From positions 1,054,001-1,118,000 of the forward strand of contig OZ237748.1 in NCBI GenBank assembly GCA_965178125.1: a stretch of DNA of 64,000 bases, written 5' to 3'. The stretch is from Bilabrum cf. latius. Lineage: Eukaryota. Position numbers and translations under genes: made by a program. Under the pieces are notes generated by a model. It worked only from the letters and a program-made list of their open reading frames with translations. It was not told where the DNA came from and did not search any database. How positions within the stretch are numbered: position 1 is the stretch's first letter; every line of letters starts with the position of its first letter. This document shows positions 24,902-37,838 of this stretch, one piece after another.

Positions 24902-26350
24902 GTGCCGGACCTTCAGTTCACAAGCAGACAGTGCGCCGCGGAGGGTGACGTGGACCTGATTCGGCAGCTGGTTGCAACCATTTTCTCACGGCGGCACACG
25001 GAGATTTGCTCCCTCGCCAACCTGAGCCTAGAGCAGTACTGCAGCACGCATGGGGGATTTCCAGAAGCCCTCGGAAAACTGCCGAAATCTGACCAGTCCC
25101 AGATCTTCGTGCAGCACGTCAAGACTGTGCAGGTTCTTGTGCGGGCCTCGATCGTGCCAAACTGCGGTGGAAAGGTTGGGCAGCGATGGGACAAGTTCGC
25201 CAATTCATTGACTCCAGCGGCAGAGGGCTGTGGCAGAGCTCCTAAGAAGATGGGTAGGTCTGGACGAGCGAGCAAGTAGGCAGACATTCCGCCTCCTGGC
25301 GTGAGCAAGTGCCAAAAACTCGGATTGCAATACTCGGGACTTGATGAGGACTGGCACCACCAGGACAAGGAAGGGAAACCCGCCGTAGAACTAGATGGAC
25401 CTGGTAGCGACGCCGGGGGATCTGCTGGGGCGGACAAGACTGGCGGTGACATCGCGGGACCCGCGGAATCCAAAAAATCAAAACGGAGCGAGGGAAAAGG
25501 TGCAGATGAAGAGGCCACCGGAGACGCAGCAGAACCGGAGAAACGGTCTGAATCAGCGCCAGCACCAGCACCAGCACCAGCACCAGCACCGGCACCAGCA
25601 CCAGCACCAGCACCAGCACCAGCACCAGAACCAGCACCAGGAGAAGAGGCAGGGTCAGCCGCAGGTCCAGCAGCAGCTAGTGGAGCAGGAACTGGCGAAG
25701 AAGAATCAGATGCACGGACGGATCCGGAGACGTTCCAGTCCTGCCAGCTCCCTCACCCTGACAGAACTCAATTCGGTGTCCCTGGCATCCACGTCAGCAT
25801 GTATGGCCTCGAGCAGGAGATGCACAAGTGGATTAGATTCGCCGGCCTGAGCGCCTTCAAGCACATCTTTGATCTCAAGCCCCCCGACTCGCTGCGTGGA
25901 CTAGACGAGTTCTTCGCAGGGGAGTCTACCGACAAGAAGCGCAGCGAGGCCGGCGTGATGGCTGCCTGCAAGAAGCTGCAAGCCGCAAGCTTTGAAGACG
26001 TATCATTTACCGTCGACCTGGTACAGACTGTAAGTGACAAGCACTTCCGGGCGGTTATTGCAGCCATCCGTGCTGGGAAAGACGGCGAGACTGCGATAGA
26101 ATAGCTACAACAGGGGGATATTCTTAAGATGGCGGCTGACGAGGATCCGGATGCTGGCGCCAAAGCCGAAGCTGCGTTCTAGGATCAGGTTCATGACGAA
26201 TGCTCCAATCCGATGTCTGCATTTGAGGTGATCGGCAGAGTGGTGACTCGTCTTCCAATGGCTGGCCTGTTCGTGAAGAACGAGAAGCAGAAATGGCGGC
26301 TGGCATTCGCCCCTTCCTCAGCGAACTTTCAAAAGTTCATCATCCTCTGA
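24902..26350 (+). CDS. Uncharacterised host protein exon with an (AP)n tract; true start unknown
   Basis: ORFs 24902-25279 and 25301-26104 are in one frame broken only by TAG; the first TGA is at 26348. Confidence 0.45.
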
Positions 26351-27126
26351 TCAAGATAATCGTTTATGAAGCTGTGATCCTACTACTTTCGAGGATCCGA
26401 GGATCCCGAACCAAGAATCCGGACTGCTTTGCTTTAGCAGGTCTGGGGTTACAATCAGTAAGACCGGAACTGTAGTGACATCGTGACTTCCATGAAAGCT
26501 TCTTTTACAGACTCAACCACCCAAATACAACCAGACATGGCATCGAACACAGAGCCGTCGCCATGTGCCTGAATCCACCGATGGATTTGTCCACCAGCGG
26601 AGACACACAACGAATTCTCCGGGCCCGGGCGGGTGGGAAAAGAATTCAAGACGATCTGTCAGTCCTGAGCTCTTCCACCCCGAATGGAGGCGATTGACTG
26701 GAGAAATGCCAACCTCCACTCTTCGTGGCCTGCCTCTTCCGTTAATCAGATTACGATGTCTAACGCTACAATTCCTCTTCCCACCTACGGACAAGGTGTT
26801 GCGGCGTTCTCCTTCTTCGCAGAGCCATCCTCATCGCACAGACGCTTATCATCTCATTTGACGTCAACAACGAATCAGACTCTGTCTCCTTAATACCATG
26901 ACATCGTGACTTCCATGAAAGCTTCTTTTACAGACTCAACCACCCAAATACAACCAGACATGGCATCGAACACAGAGCCGTCGCCATGTGCCTGAATCCA
27001 CCGATGGATTTGTCCACCAGCGGAGACACACAACGAATTCTCCATGTCTTACCATATCTTCCTTACGGGAGGTTGCAGAGGGTGGTCTCGTTGAAGCAAA
27101 GCAAAGTGTCTCCAAGTTAGTTGGGA

Positions 27127-28377
27127 TTAGTCGGACGCCCGAGCTTGTGCCACCGCCTCGAGCAGCGCCGCCTGTGGTGCTCGCTGCAGCTCAAGGTGCG
27201 TCCAACCAATATCGATCGCTGGCAGCCCGTCGGCCTCCTGCCGGATGTAGGTGTTCATGCTCTTGGTGGAAGCCCACCGTCCAAGACGCTGCACAATGCC
27301 GTGCTCGATGCCCAGTCGCACCATTGTGGTGGTGCTGGTGATGCGGAAACTGTGCCCATGCCACCCACTCGCATCATCGTGGTGGCTTGCACAGCTCCGC
27401 ACCAGGCGTACGACATCGGCTGCGACGATGTGCCGCGTCTTACGGCGACCTGGCGATGCGATCTCCGGGAACAACAACACCTGACTGTTCTGGCAGGCGT
27501 TGTGCAGGTGGTGGGGCGAGGTGACCGGGATTCCCGCCGAGGTCAACCTTGTCACGACGTGCCGGACGAGAAGGTAAACAGGGCAGCATGTGCTGCCCTG
27601 TACCCCGCCTTTGTCCACCTACACAGGGGATCGGGCTGCAATAGCCACCGTGGCTGGTCCACCCGCCTTGGTGAACCGCAGGTGCAGGGAGCAGCTGATC
27701 ACCTGATTGTCCTCGATTGCCCAGGATACATGCCTGAGGCGATGCGGGTCAGAGGCAGCCCGTGCCTCTCCGGTGGCCTCGCCCAGGCGCATGGTCCCCC
27801 CAAAGGCCAGTGCACCCGCCAACTGGGCCGCACTTTCGCCGGGGGTGGATGGCTGGAACTCAAAGAAGCGCCGCACTGCCGACAACGGGATGGGCGTGCG
27901 GTGCAGACTCGCAAGGGTTGGCTTGGCTGCCGTGTAGTGCCTGGCCACTGCATGGCCAAAGTCACCGAGTCCTTTCACTGCGACTCCTCCTAGTCGTTTG
28001 TACAAGGACGCCACTTGCGCTGCGTACTGGCTTGCGGAGGCGCCGCTGATGCCCGGCTCGGCCGCCGCCACGTACGTGATGAATCTGCCGAGTTCCACTT
28101 CGAAGGCCTCGTTGCGTGCCGGACCGATGGAGCCAAAGGCCGGTGGCGCCAGGTCGAGGCCGTATCTGCGGCCGTACGCTGCCCAGTGCCGAAGTGCCGT
28201 GGTGCCATTCGCCTCGATGCTCGAGGCGGCCTTGATGGCCGCAAGTTCGACCAAGTCCTCGTAGGCGTCGGGAGCTCCCTCACCGATTCCCAGTGCGGCG
28301 GCAAGTTTGTCGGGTGACCTTCCCTGGACAAGCGGTCGGCCCAGGTGTTCTCTAACCCTGGTATGTGCCGGCTCCAA
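27127..28377 (-). CDS. Tyrosine recombinase (family 2); start approximate
   Basis: Two ORFs joined by one TAG. Motifs GTMRLGEA and GHSFRITSTT...QRLGRWASTKSMNTYIR. Ends in TAA. Confidence 0.88.
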
Positions 28378-30518
28378 ACCTACACGTCGTGGGAGCAGAG
28401 GGTGGTGAACAGGTCAGCGAGGATGCGAGCCATGCGGACACTACGACAAAACCCACGACGCAAACAATGCACAGAGGCGGAGTTGTCACACCGCACAAGC
28501 AACACATGTCCCCGCAGTTCGTTCTTCCAATGATCACACAGGATCTCAATGCATCCGAGTTCGAGAGCCGAGATGTCGTTGGACAGTAGGCAGGTAGAAT
28601 CCGGCCACGTGCCGTAGATGGCCTACGTGGCACCTGAGGGCCAGACCAAGTAGCCACCCCATCCATGCAGCGATGCGTCCGTGAACATCACTGGATCGCG
28701 TTCGGGATCGTGCTGTCGCGGGAACGAGCGGCCATCCTGGTGCAGCAGGGCATGTCGCCACCATCGCAGGGTCCGCTGAACCTCGGCTGGAACGGAGAGT
28801 ACCGAGGCGTGCTCGTTGGCATGCAGCCACGAGAACAGAGGTCTGCAGCGCGGTTTGGCAGGCAGGATGGCTTCTGCCACGTAGCACAGCAGGCCCACCA
28901 GCGATTCTCCCGTTGACCGACGGATCCCAGCCTGGGTGGCCCCCAAGATGCCGTCAATGAGCCCGACCGCCTTCGTGACCTTGGACGGCTGCACGTACAC
29001 CTTGAACTCATCCAGCGCTACCGTGTACCCTAGGAAATCGAACCGAGGCCCCGGGGTGCCCACTTCCAGTGCTTTCGACTCGCTGACTTGGAGGCCCACT
29101 CGCGCAGCATCATGCACGAACTACATGGCCAAGTGATCAATCCGCGTCAACGGTGCCACTAAACCAAAATCATCCACGAAGGTCGACGTTGCAGTCGTGG
29201 GCCGCACAGGATCGAAATTCCAGCGCTCCTCAAAGGCGTCACCGAAGCAAGTCGTCGCCGTGGTGACGTGACCAGGGCTGCTCTTGTTGCCCATGCCGAG
29301 GCGCGTGCCGAGCAGCACCATGTCGCCGATGCGCAATTGCTGATACGGAATGTCACCAACAGCCAGCGGGAACTGCCAGAAGGCCTTGCTGAGGTCAATT
29401 GTCAGGCCCGCCAGGGGCTCGGAGGTGTGCTGCGAGATGCGCACGGCCTTGCGCATCAGCTCGCCGATCGATGCCATCGGGGCACTCGTCCAGCGCTCGT
29501 ATTCGACTGCCACGTTGGCCCCCAACAGGGTGCCCGCCCGCTTGTCCGATGCATCCACCAAGAGCCGATAGTCGCCAACCTTCTTCTTAGGGATCGCAAC
29601 CACCGCGCTTACCGGGGTGCTCGGTGCAGATGACGCTGCGATGGCCAACCTACGCGACTCACGCAGGCTGGCTCCCAGCTCGCAGTGCACTGCAGCCGCA
29701 GCCTCAGTCGGGATGGAGTTTGTCGGCAGCTTGACCTGCTGCTGGACAGCTGCTGTGCGGCCCATCGGGAAACCGTGGGCAAATCCACACAGCGTCCGCT
29801 CAGCCGGTGACATGGCCTTCCAGTCCTTGGCTCGGAAGGTACGAGGCGGGCACGCTGCACGCAGGTACGTAGCCCACTGCACCTGCTTCGCTCTGGTGGC
29901 GCGTGCTGCTTCGGGGTCGCCCGTGAGCACCATGGGGTCCGCTGTCAGGTGGGCCACCAGTCGCTGGTGCTGTCTACCAAGCGCTGGCGGTGCCTCTTTG
30001 GCACGACTGCGCCCCTCCGCATCCTGCAGGGATCGCATCCAGGCTGCCCACGTTTGCGATGGCGCAGCTGAGTCATCCCAACTGCTAGGAACCCACGGTT
30101 CCACTGGCACGACAGACGAGGCGGATAGCCATTCGGCCCAGTCAGAAGTGCCCCACGTATTTCCTTGGCTTGAGCCCAGCAGCTCGTCCTCCTCCGATGG
30201 AGAACTGCTCAGATCTGAACTCACGCCCTACCTCTCCGAGCTCCAGGCTCGGAGGACCCAACCACTGCCCCCGGCAGTGGGATCCACCAAGGCGTGGGAT
30301 TGATTGTTCCCGATGCCTCGATGTAGCACCTGACACGCTGCGAAGGACAGCAGGGGCCGCTTACGGTCCACTACTGGCTTGCAGAGCTGCCAGTCAGGGT
30401 CACCTTGGCCCTGGTCGCGCACCCGTGGCGTAGGGGTGCGTGGCCGAAGCCTCGGTAACGCTGCTGACGTAGTCGATGCTGCAGGGTAGCTGACACGGAT
30501 CTCCTGGGCCGCATGCAC
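27990..30518 (-). CDS. Reverse transcriptase-RNase H (family 2); ends approximate
   Basis: IPKKKVGDYRLLVD, IDLSKAFWQ, GMGNKSSP, FVDD, FLGY, FTDAS, CDN and HIPGLENTWADRLSR lie in one frame interrupted only by TAG. Confidence 0.88.
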
Positions 30519-30956
30519 TGCTGCTGCACCCTCCGCTGGTACTTCCCCGCTGACTTGACGATGACGTCGTGGCTACTGTAACCACCGCTGCCCAATTGCA
30601 TTAGTGACCACGTCCTGCCGTCCGAAACTGCCGTCGTATACGTTCCGCTCCTCATTCAGCTGTTGAGTGTTCCCCGACCCAACTGTCCGTTGCTGAAGCC
30701 ATCCCGAGAAGCCGGCCACCGAAGCGACCGGCGCACAATCCTACCCACGGAAGGACAGGTCCTGTTGTACCAGAGGTGAGAGAAGTCCTCTGGCACGGCC
30801 CCGCCTCCATTCCCGAACACAGCGTTTGAGCCCCTGCTCCAGGCGCCGTGCATGTAGTCGCCGGAGGCGGCGCCTCTCCTGCGTGTAGAGGCGCCGCCGT
30901 CTCCTTGAAGGCCTGCCCGGCCGCCACCTGCTGTGGCGGCACGGGCGTGCTGGCCT

Positions 30957-33038
30957 TCATGAGGAGCCCTGGGCGAGCTCGATGGTCTTCTCCAGTTGGG
31001 CCACTGCCGCCGCCGTTCCGAGTGCTTGGCCCTGTGGCGTGCTGCTCAGCAGTGCTGGTCCGATGCCGTGCGGGCCCTCTGGGCACAAGCACGCACGGAT
31101 GACCTGCACTACGCGGCCAGGCTCCACGCCTTCGAGCGGGTCAGAGTCCTCAAGGTCATCGCCCTTGAGGTACGCCGTGATCAGCGTGTGCACCTGGTCC
31201 CTCGCCGCCATCATATCGGCCTGACTGTTGGTGCGAATCGCTGGCACTGCGATTCCCATCTTGCCCTGCGCGGTCAGCACGATGGCAGTGAACACGTCCT
31301 TCGCTGCTGCACGAGACGTCTGGAGCCCTGTGCCGAAGCTGCCGCCTGCAGTGCGCGCCAGAAGCTGCAGCTTCCACAGCTGCCTGCCCCAGGACGCCAG
31401 GGACTGCGTGATTGCTGTCGCACCGGCATGAAACTCCTCCACATCCGCCTCAGGCCTGTACGGCGACATCGACTGGGCCGGTGGGGTCGGCCAGGCAGGT
31501 CCTGACGTGGCGTACGTTTCCACCACTGCTGTAACCGCCCGTGCATATGCCCGCACCAGTGCGTAGGTGAACAGCGCGAACGGCCGAGGGTGCACCAAGT
31601 CCTCATGTCTGGGCACCGCGAGATCAGGAAATAGCGGATCATCGCTCTTGAGCTGGAGCAGGTCTGCCCAGCTCTTCTTGATGCGCTCGTCATCCCCGGT
31701 GATTGCCGAGGCCAAGATGCCTGCCGCCTTCGTAAGGTACTTGGAGGTAGCTGCCAACGACATCCGCGGGGGGCAGTCGCTGCTCGCCTGCAGTGCTGCA
31801 ATCAGCTCCGCCTTCGCGATCTGAACGAACATCCCCCGGAACTCGGTGGCTTTGATTTGGCCTGGCCCGTGATCACGGAGTAACGAAGCGGGGACAAACG
31901 CAGACTACACCACATCAGACTACACCACACCACGCACCAAGGACTCACCCGGGTCAGCTGCACCCGCACCCGTGGCCGCCGGTAGCTTCCGCTCCTTGGC
32001 ATGTCGCCTGACGAGTGCGACCACCTGGTGGAGAGCCGGCATCTCCAAGCCTGTTTCAGCTGCTCGCTGCTGCTCATGCGTCACCCGTTCGAGGAACGCG
32101 ATCGCCAATATAATGGCGTGCTCTTGGCTCTGTGGTGCATGCTGCATGCGCCGTCCCAGCGCCCGCAGCTGCTTCGTCATGGCCCCATCGAGGGCGCGGA
32201 GAGTGGAGTCCGCCTCCGGCCATCCGCCCGCTGCCAACAACGCAGCCTCTACGGCCATCGACAGACGCATCTGTTCGTCCTCGGTCTCCTTCAGGGCCTA
32301 CTGCCGCTCAGCCGTCCAGGGATGCAGCCACGCTCGCACCGCAGCGCTCCACTCGCTGGGCACCGCCGCCAGGCCGCCAAGGCTCGCTGCAGGCCCGGGG
32401 CCACTGCCTGGAGCGTGTGCAAGGGATTGATCGCGGGGAATTGACCCCAGCGGCTGCCGGGCCGGTGCTCGGCCTGCCTGCCGCGGCCGGCTGCCGGCAC
32501 GAGGCCCGGCACCGGCACCTGCTGGAGCTCCACCCACAGCTCCACCCGCAGCCCCTGCTGCCGGGGCGCTTGAGGTCGACACCGCGCTCCCGGCGTGCGC
32601 ATGTGCGTAGGCATCCTCCGCCTTGCGAGACAGTACGAAGGTGTCCGAGTCCTGCGCCGTTGCGGTCGGCTCAGGAAGTTCAAGCCAGGATGCGAAGGAC
32701 GGGAAGGAGTCAGGCAGAACCGTGGAATAGGGTTGTCCATGCACGCCCTTCATGGTGACCACCGCTGTCAACAAGTATCGAATCATTGATTCAATTATCT
32801 GTGCGCGCTTCGGAGACCCACGCCGTACGCCTTTGATGGCCTCGTTCCACTGCGCCTCTAGCGCGAGGAGCCGCTCTGCGGTAAACCCACACACTCCGGT
32901 CACCGATGCCCATTGCATTGGATCAGACAAGGCCCCAAAGCATGCCTCAAAAAGGAAAATAGCACGTTGAAAACCGGGTTCTTTCAAGGCCAATGTCGTG
33001 AAAATGCCACGCCAAAACTGCTGAAGCCGCGCCATCAC
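30957..33038 (-). CDS. ORF1 / gag-like protein (family 2)
   Basis: ORFs 32298-33038, 31920-32270 and 30957-31832 fuse across TAGs and end in TGA. Call rests on position only. Confidence 0.6.
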
Positions 33039-33798
33039 GCCCTAGCGCTCCGGCTGAACTGTATCTGCACCCGCACCCGAAGACATGAGACCACAACAAA
33101 AAGAATTCAAGACGATCTGTCAGTCCTGAGCTCTTCCACCCCGAATGGAGGCGATTGACTGGAGAAATGCCAACCTCCACTCTTCGTGGCCTGCCTCTTC
33201 CGTTAATCAGATTACGATGTCTAACGCTACAATTCCTCTTCCCACCTACGGACAAGGTGTTGCGGCGTTCTCCTTCTTCGCAGAGCCATCCTCATCGCAC
33301 AGACGCTTATCATCTCATTTGACGTCAACAACGAATCAGACTCTGTCTCCTTAATACCAAAACTGGGATTGATTTGCGTGAAGGCCGACTCATCTTCCCG
33401 AGGGTACGCCGAAGATACTGATCTCGGCAGTGCTCAAGAAGACACGTACTACAATGTAGTGTAGTTCTGAGTCAGCTTGCAAAAGTTTTTAAAGTTTTCG
33501 AGAGGCCTATCGGGGTTCCAAGGGCAATCGGGATGTGTTCGTCTCAGGTTGATCCCTATACGGAAAAAGTAAACATAACACATGTCAAACGCACGCTGGT
33601 ATATGCACTTATTGCATAGTTGCTGCCAAAGGTCTGCTGCGAGTGCATTTCACCCGGCGCTGCTTCATAACGCACACGGCACGTCAAGGCACAACACTGC
33701 GCAACTCGACTTATGCTTGTATTGCATCCCAAACACCATAGCAACGCCGCTAGTGAATCGTAAATCAAGGTTATCATTAACTTTGTGTCGCAAACGGG

Positions 33799-34371
33799 GC
33801 CTGCCACTGGCCACCTTGCTGCTGTGCGCAGCTTGGCGAGCCTGGGTGGGTTGCTGCGCGTCGTCCATTTGACTTCCGCTAGCCTTTGTCTGTGATGGCG
33901 CCTGAATGCGCCTGCCACTGGCCGCCTTTGCTGCTGTGCGCAGCTTGGCGAGCCTGGGTGGGTTGCTGCGCGTCGTCCATTTGACGTCCGCTAGCCTTTG
34001 TCTGTGATGGCGCCTTGATGCGCCTGCCACTGGCCGCCTTTGCTGCTGTGCGCAGCTTGGCGAGCCTGGGTGGGTTGCTGCGCGTCGTCCATTTGACTTC
34101 CGCTTGCCTTTGTCTGTGATGGCGCCTTGATGCGCCTGCCACTGGCCGCCTTTGCTGCTGTGGGCAGCTTGGCGAGCCTGGGTGGGTTGCTGCGCGTCGT
34201 CCATTTGACTTCCGCTTGCCTTTGTCTGTGATGGCGCCTTGATGCGCCTGCCACTGGCCGCCTTTGCTGCTGTGCGCAGCTTGGCGAGCCTGGGTGGGTT
34301 GCTGCGCGTCGTCCATTTGACGTCCGCTTGCCTTTGTCTGTGATGGCGCCTTGATGCGCCTGCCACTGGCC
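33799..34371. repeat. ~112-bp tandem minisatellite x5
   Basis: gcctgccactggcc... recurs at 33799, 33910, 34022, 34134, 34246 and 34358. Confidence 0.92.
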
Positions 34372-34840
34372 GGGCGCAGGCTGCACCAGCAGCCGGGTCC
34401 CCTTGTGGCGCCACGGGTGGTCAACCGCCCGAGGAGCCGGGGCCCAGCACGCCCTCGCATTTTCTAGCAACCCTAACCGGAGGTTCTAGAACTGATTCGA
34501 TGTAACGTACAAATCAATGTCAGTTTTTTGAATAAAACTATTACCTGCTATGAGTTGCTAAATTGCGTTTCTAATCACTGAATTTTTACGTATAGTACGT
34601 TGGTTAAACTAGATCTAATGCAATATTCGAACACCAGATCTTAAGCTGCCTCACAACTTCTCCGGATCCTGGATATCACCGCCCTTCTTCCCCACATTCC
34701 AGCCCTGGCTATCCGGATGTCACCCGGATCGTCAAATCCACCCACTCTATCTTCTTTCTCTAGATCTACTTCATCCTGCCTCATCGATACTTCATGTTTA
34801 TCTCACGCATGTACTGCCTCCCATCACACAGCCACAGCCC

Positions 34841-35420
34841 TCAACGCCACATGCCCAAGTCCGCGCCCTGATCCTTCAGCAATGCCTCGCATTCAACGTG
34901 CCCACCCCGTACAGCCGCTTCCAAAGCTATCACATACTCACCAGCATCAACTGAATCGACCCCCGGTAAAAAACCCTTCCGATGATGCCCGCCAGCTAGC
35001 TTGCCCAATCGCAGACGCTTGGCCAGTTCCAGAGGCCTCCCCTCGCTCGCTGCTTTAAACACCAGCGCTGCATCCCTGTGCGCTTCCATCCCCTACCGCC
35101 AGCCCACCACCGCCCATATCCTATCGCGCGGATCTAGAGGTCCTTCCCGTAGTGTCTCACGATCCCCTGTTGCCTTGAGGTGGTCGATGATGAGCCGGAG
35201 AAGCCGCTGGGGGTTGCCACGTGCTGAAGGCAGCAGTGCGAGCACAAAGGAAGTCCTGCGCGGGTAGATTAATCCTTTGAGATTGGCAGGCGGCTCCTGC
35301 AGCAAATGCTCAATAGAAGTCCCATCATCCGATACAAAGTCTAACCTAGCACCGGCTTGCAGAAGGTGCATGAGTCCGCTGATGTCTTTGTAGATCTGGG
35401 TCAGGACCACCAGAGGCAGG
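34841..35420 (-). pseudogene. Ankyrin-family copy 4, 3' exons only
   Basis: VVLTQIYKDISGLMHLLQAGARLDF...ECEALLKDQGAD. Upstream exons are absent and replaced by AT-rich sequence. Confidence 0.65.
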
Positions 35421-36239
35421 CCAGACTGGGAGGGAACAGGATCGGTGGATTCTAGTGATGGCAAGCATAGTACCAGCATTGCACTCATGGCTCAACTATT
35501 CATGTGTCGCAGTCCCATACCTTAACGGTATGGGACTGCGACACTGGACTCAAAATCGTCGGCTGATTGCTTTTTTTAGTCCAGTTTCTCGCATGTATCA
35601 CTTTTTACAAAAAATCGCTCAAACTGAAAAATCTTTAGATTTTTTAGTTTTATTCTAAGAAATGGAATATTTGCTAGAATTATTTATTGTTCACAAAAAG
35701 TCAACAGCTGGAACAAATGCATGGCTGTATTACTTTTTGATGCCAGAGTGTACGCGCAACCTAGTCTCGTTAACAATCAGACATGGCAAGACCTGACAAA
35801 GCTGTGCCTGTGCGCTACCCTTGACCGGACTGACCGGGGCTGGGAAGAGCACGTGCACTACTCCGCCGAGGAGGAGGGGGTTGGGAGGGTGGGCAAAAAT
35901 TACCCAATCTCCGCCCCTCTCCTGAACACAGAGAGGGTATGCGCGTCATCGCAAGCAATCCGTTGGCTTGGTCGCACCTTCCCGGTCGCAACCGCCATCG
36001 GAACCCAACGAGACGTTCACGCGCTCCCACTCTGGCATCAACACCGAACCCCATCCGGCGTTAGGATCATGATGCCAGAGTGTACGCGCAACCTAGTCTC
36101 GTTAACAATCAGACATGGCAAGACCTGACAAAGCTGTGCCTGTGCGCTACCCTTGACCGGACTGACCGGGGCTGGGAAGAGCACGTGCACTACTCCGCCA
36201 AATCTTACCGCCATGTCTTGTACGCTGCGGCTGTGTGGC

Positions 36240-37298
36240 TCACTCCAAGTTCAGCCGCAGCGCGCTGGCCAGCACCCACACTGGCCTGTTCAAATCGAGG
36301 CTCCTGCCGCCGAGCTCCAGAGGAGGCAAGCCTTCCCTGACGCCCCGCAAGTACACCTCGCATGCAGATGCCGACTTCCATCTGCCGAATCGCCTAATGA
36401 CCTCGAAGGCGACCCCAGCACGGTCCAAACACATCACTGCCGCGATGCGGATGGAATGTCCGTGCACCGCTCCTGCAACTTCTCGTGAGCAGAAGCTGCG
36501 GAGCGCCCGTACGACCTGCGCCTTGACGATCGGCTTCGTGTTCGCCACGAAGACTGGCCCTGACGTGGGGCAGCTGAGCGCCAGCTACCGGGCGTAGTCT
36601 TCGTCTGCGCCTGCAGTTGGGGCGTGGCTCGCTGCTGCCCACGCCACGAAGGCTCGCACGCCGCAGAACCTGCTGCCTGTGACTGCCCATCGTCCGGCTC
36701 TGCAATGGACTGCGATGGGCTCTGCGGCTTGGATGGAGAACTTGGCTGGACCGTCGGCTTTGTGGAGGCCCAGGCGGATGGCAACACCATGGATGCGTCC
36801 GTCTCGCGTGATGAACTGCACTTGCTGCCATTGGAGGCCGGCTTGTCGTCTGGACGCACCGACGAGCTCTCCCAGCCGGAGGCCCCCACAGAAGCAGAGA
36901 CAGACAGCTGCCCGAGCAGCCTACTCTGTTGTGCTGCAACCGGCTGTCGAGAAACACCGTCGGATTGCGCGGAGTGGGGCTGAAGATCGACGCAACGGGT
37001 GCGCCGATGGCGATGCTTTGTGGTAGTACCGGAGGATGCTGTCGAGCTAGCTTGACCGTGGGACGCCGCACGCTCCTGTGGACTCGATGACGACTCGCTA
37101 GGCATTTCTGGTGTATGTAGCGATGGTGCCGCCACTGAGAGGCGAACATTCCCCTAAGAAGACTGCAAATCTCGAGAGCGCTGCATTGAGCCTGAACGCG
37201 AAGAGTCTGCGAGCTGCTGGAAGATGCCCGTCCATGAAGCTGCGGTCGATGTCGTACCACGTGAGGAAGTTGTCGAAGTGCCCCCACGCCGTGCGCAA
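36240..37298 (-). CDS. Tyrosine recombinase (family 3); start uncertain
   Basis: Three ORF pieces in one frame across TAGs. Motif HGHSIRIAAV...RRFGRWKSASACEVYLR. Ends in TGA. Confidence 0.85.
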
Positions 37299-37838
37299 CC
37301 CACTGAGTCCAGAGTGGCCACCAGCGTGAAATGGTCGTGCTTGTACAAGGTCCTCCAGATCGGCGTGGGACAGTCGACCTGATACACCGCGTCCAGGTGC
37401 GTGTATGCCTCCTGTGAGCCGCGGCTCAAAGCGTCCGCAACGATGTTGTCCTCGCCAGGAATGTGTTTCACGTGAATCTGCACATCTTGCGTTGTCTGCA
37501 GTACGAAGATAGGGCGAAGTAAGGCTGCCATGATGTGGCTCTTGGGTCTGCCGTAGCGTATCAGCTACACGGAAGCATCATTATCACACCACAAACGCAC
37601 CACACGTCCACGCAGGTGCTGTCGCCAATGCGCCAGTGCCAACAAACATGTTGCAAGTTCTGCCGCCGCTACATCCTTCGCCTCTAGGCGATGCGGCCAA
37701 GTGCCGTGGATGCCGGTGTGCGATGTGATGTTTCCGTCCGTGTCGTGGAGAAGTAGCTCGGCGCCGTAGCCTGTCACCGACGCATCAGTGCGAATGATGG
37801 GACAGTCAATGGTGCCCCGCATCGGAAAACTGCGCCCG
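37154..37838 (-). pseudogene. RNase H half of the family-3 polyprotein, separated by the virophage insertion
   Basis: GRSFP, RTDASVTGYGA, AELA, WCDN, HIPGEDNIVADALSR. Confidence 0.88.

Larger units (their letters stand above)
26476..33359 (-). mobile_element. Ngaro-like YR retrotransposon, family 2, apparently full length
   Basis: A1 33099-33359, B1 26899-27043, A2 26638-26898, B2 26476-26620. Contains gag-like, RT/RNaseH and YR ORFs. No TSD. Confidence 0.92.

Noticed and set aside
34468-34478. Telomeric repeat
   Set aside because: Only about one and a half CCCTAA units, which is not distinguishable from chance.
37833-37838. 6-bp TSD CGCCCG
   Set aside because: Formally possible, but it makes the termini asymmetric (G7 versus C6); a 5-bp TSD gives symmetric ends.
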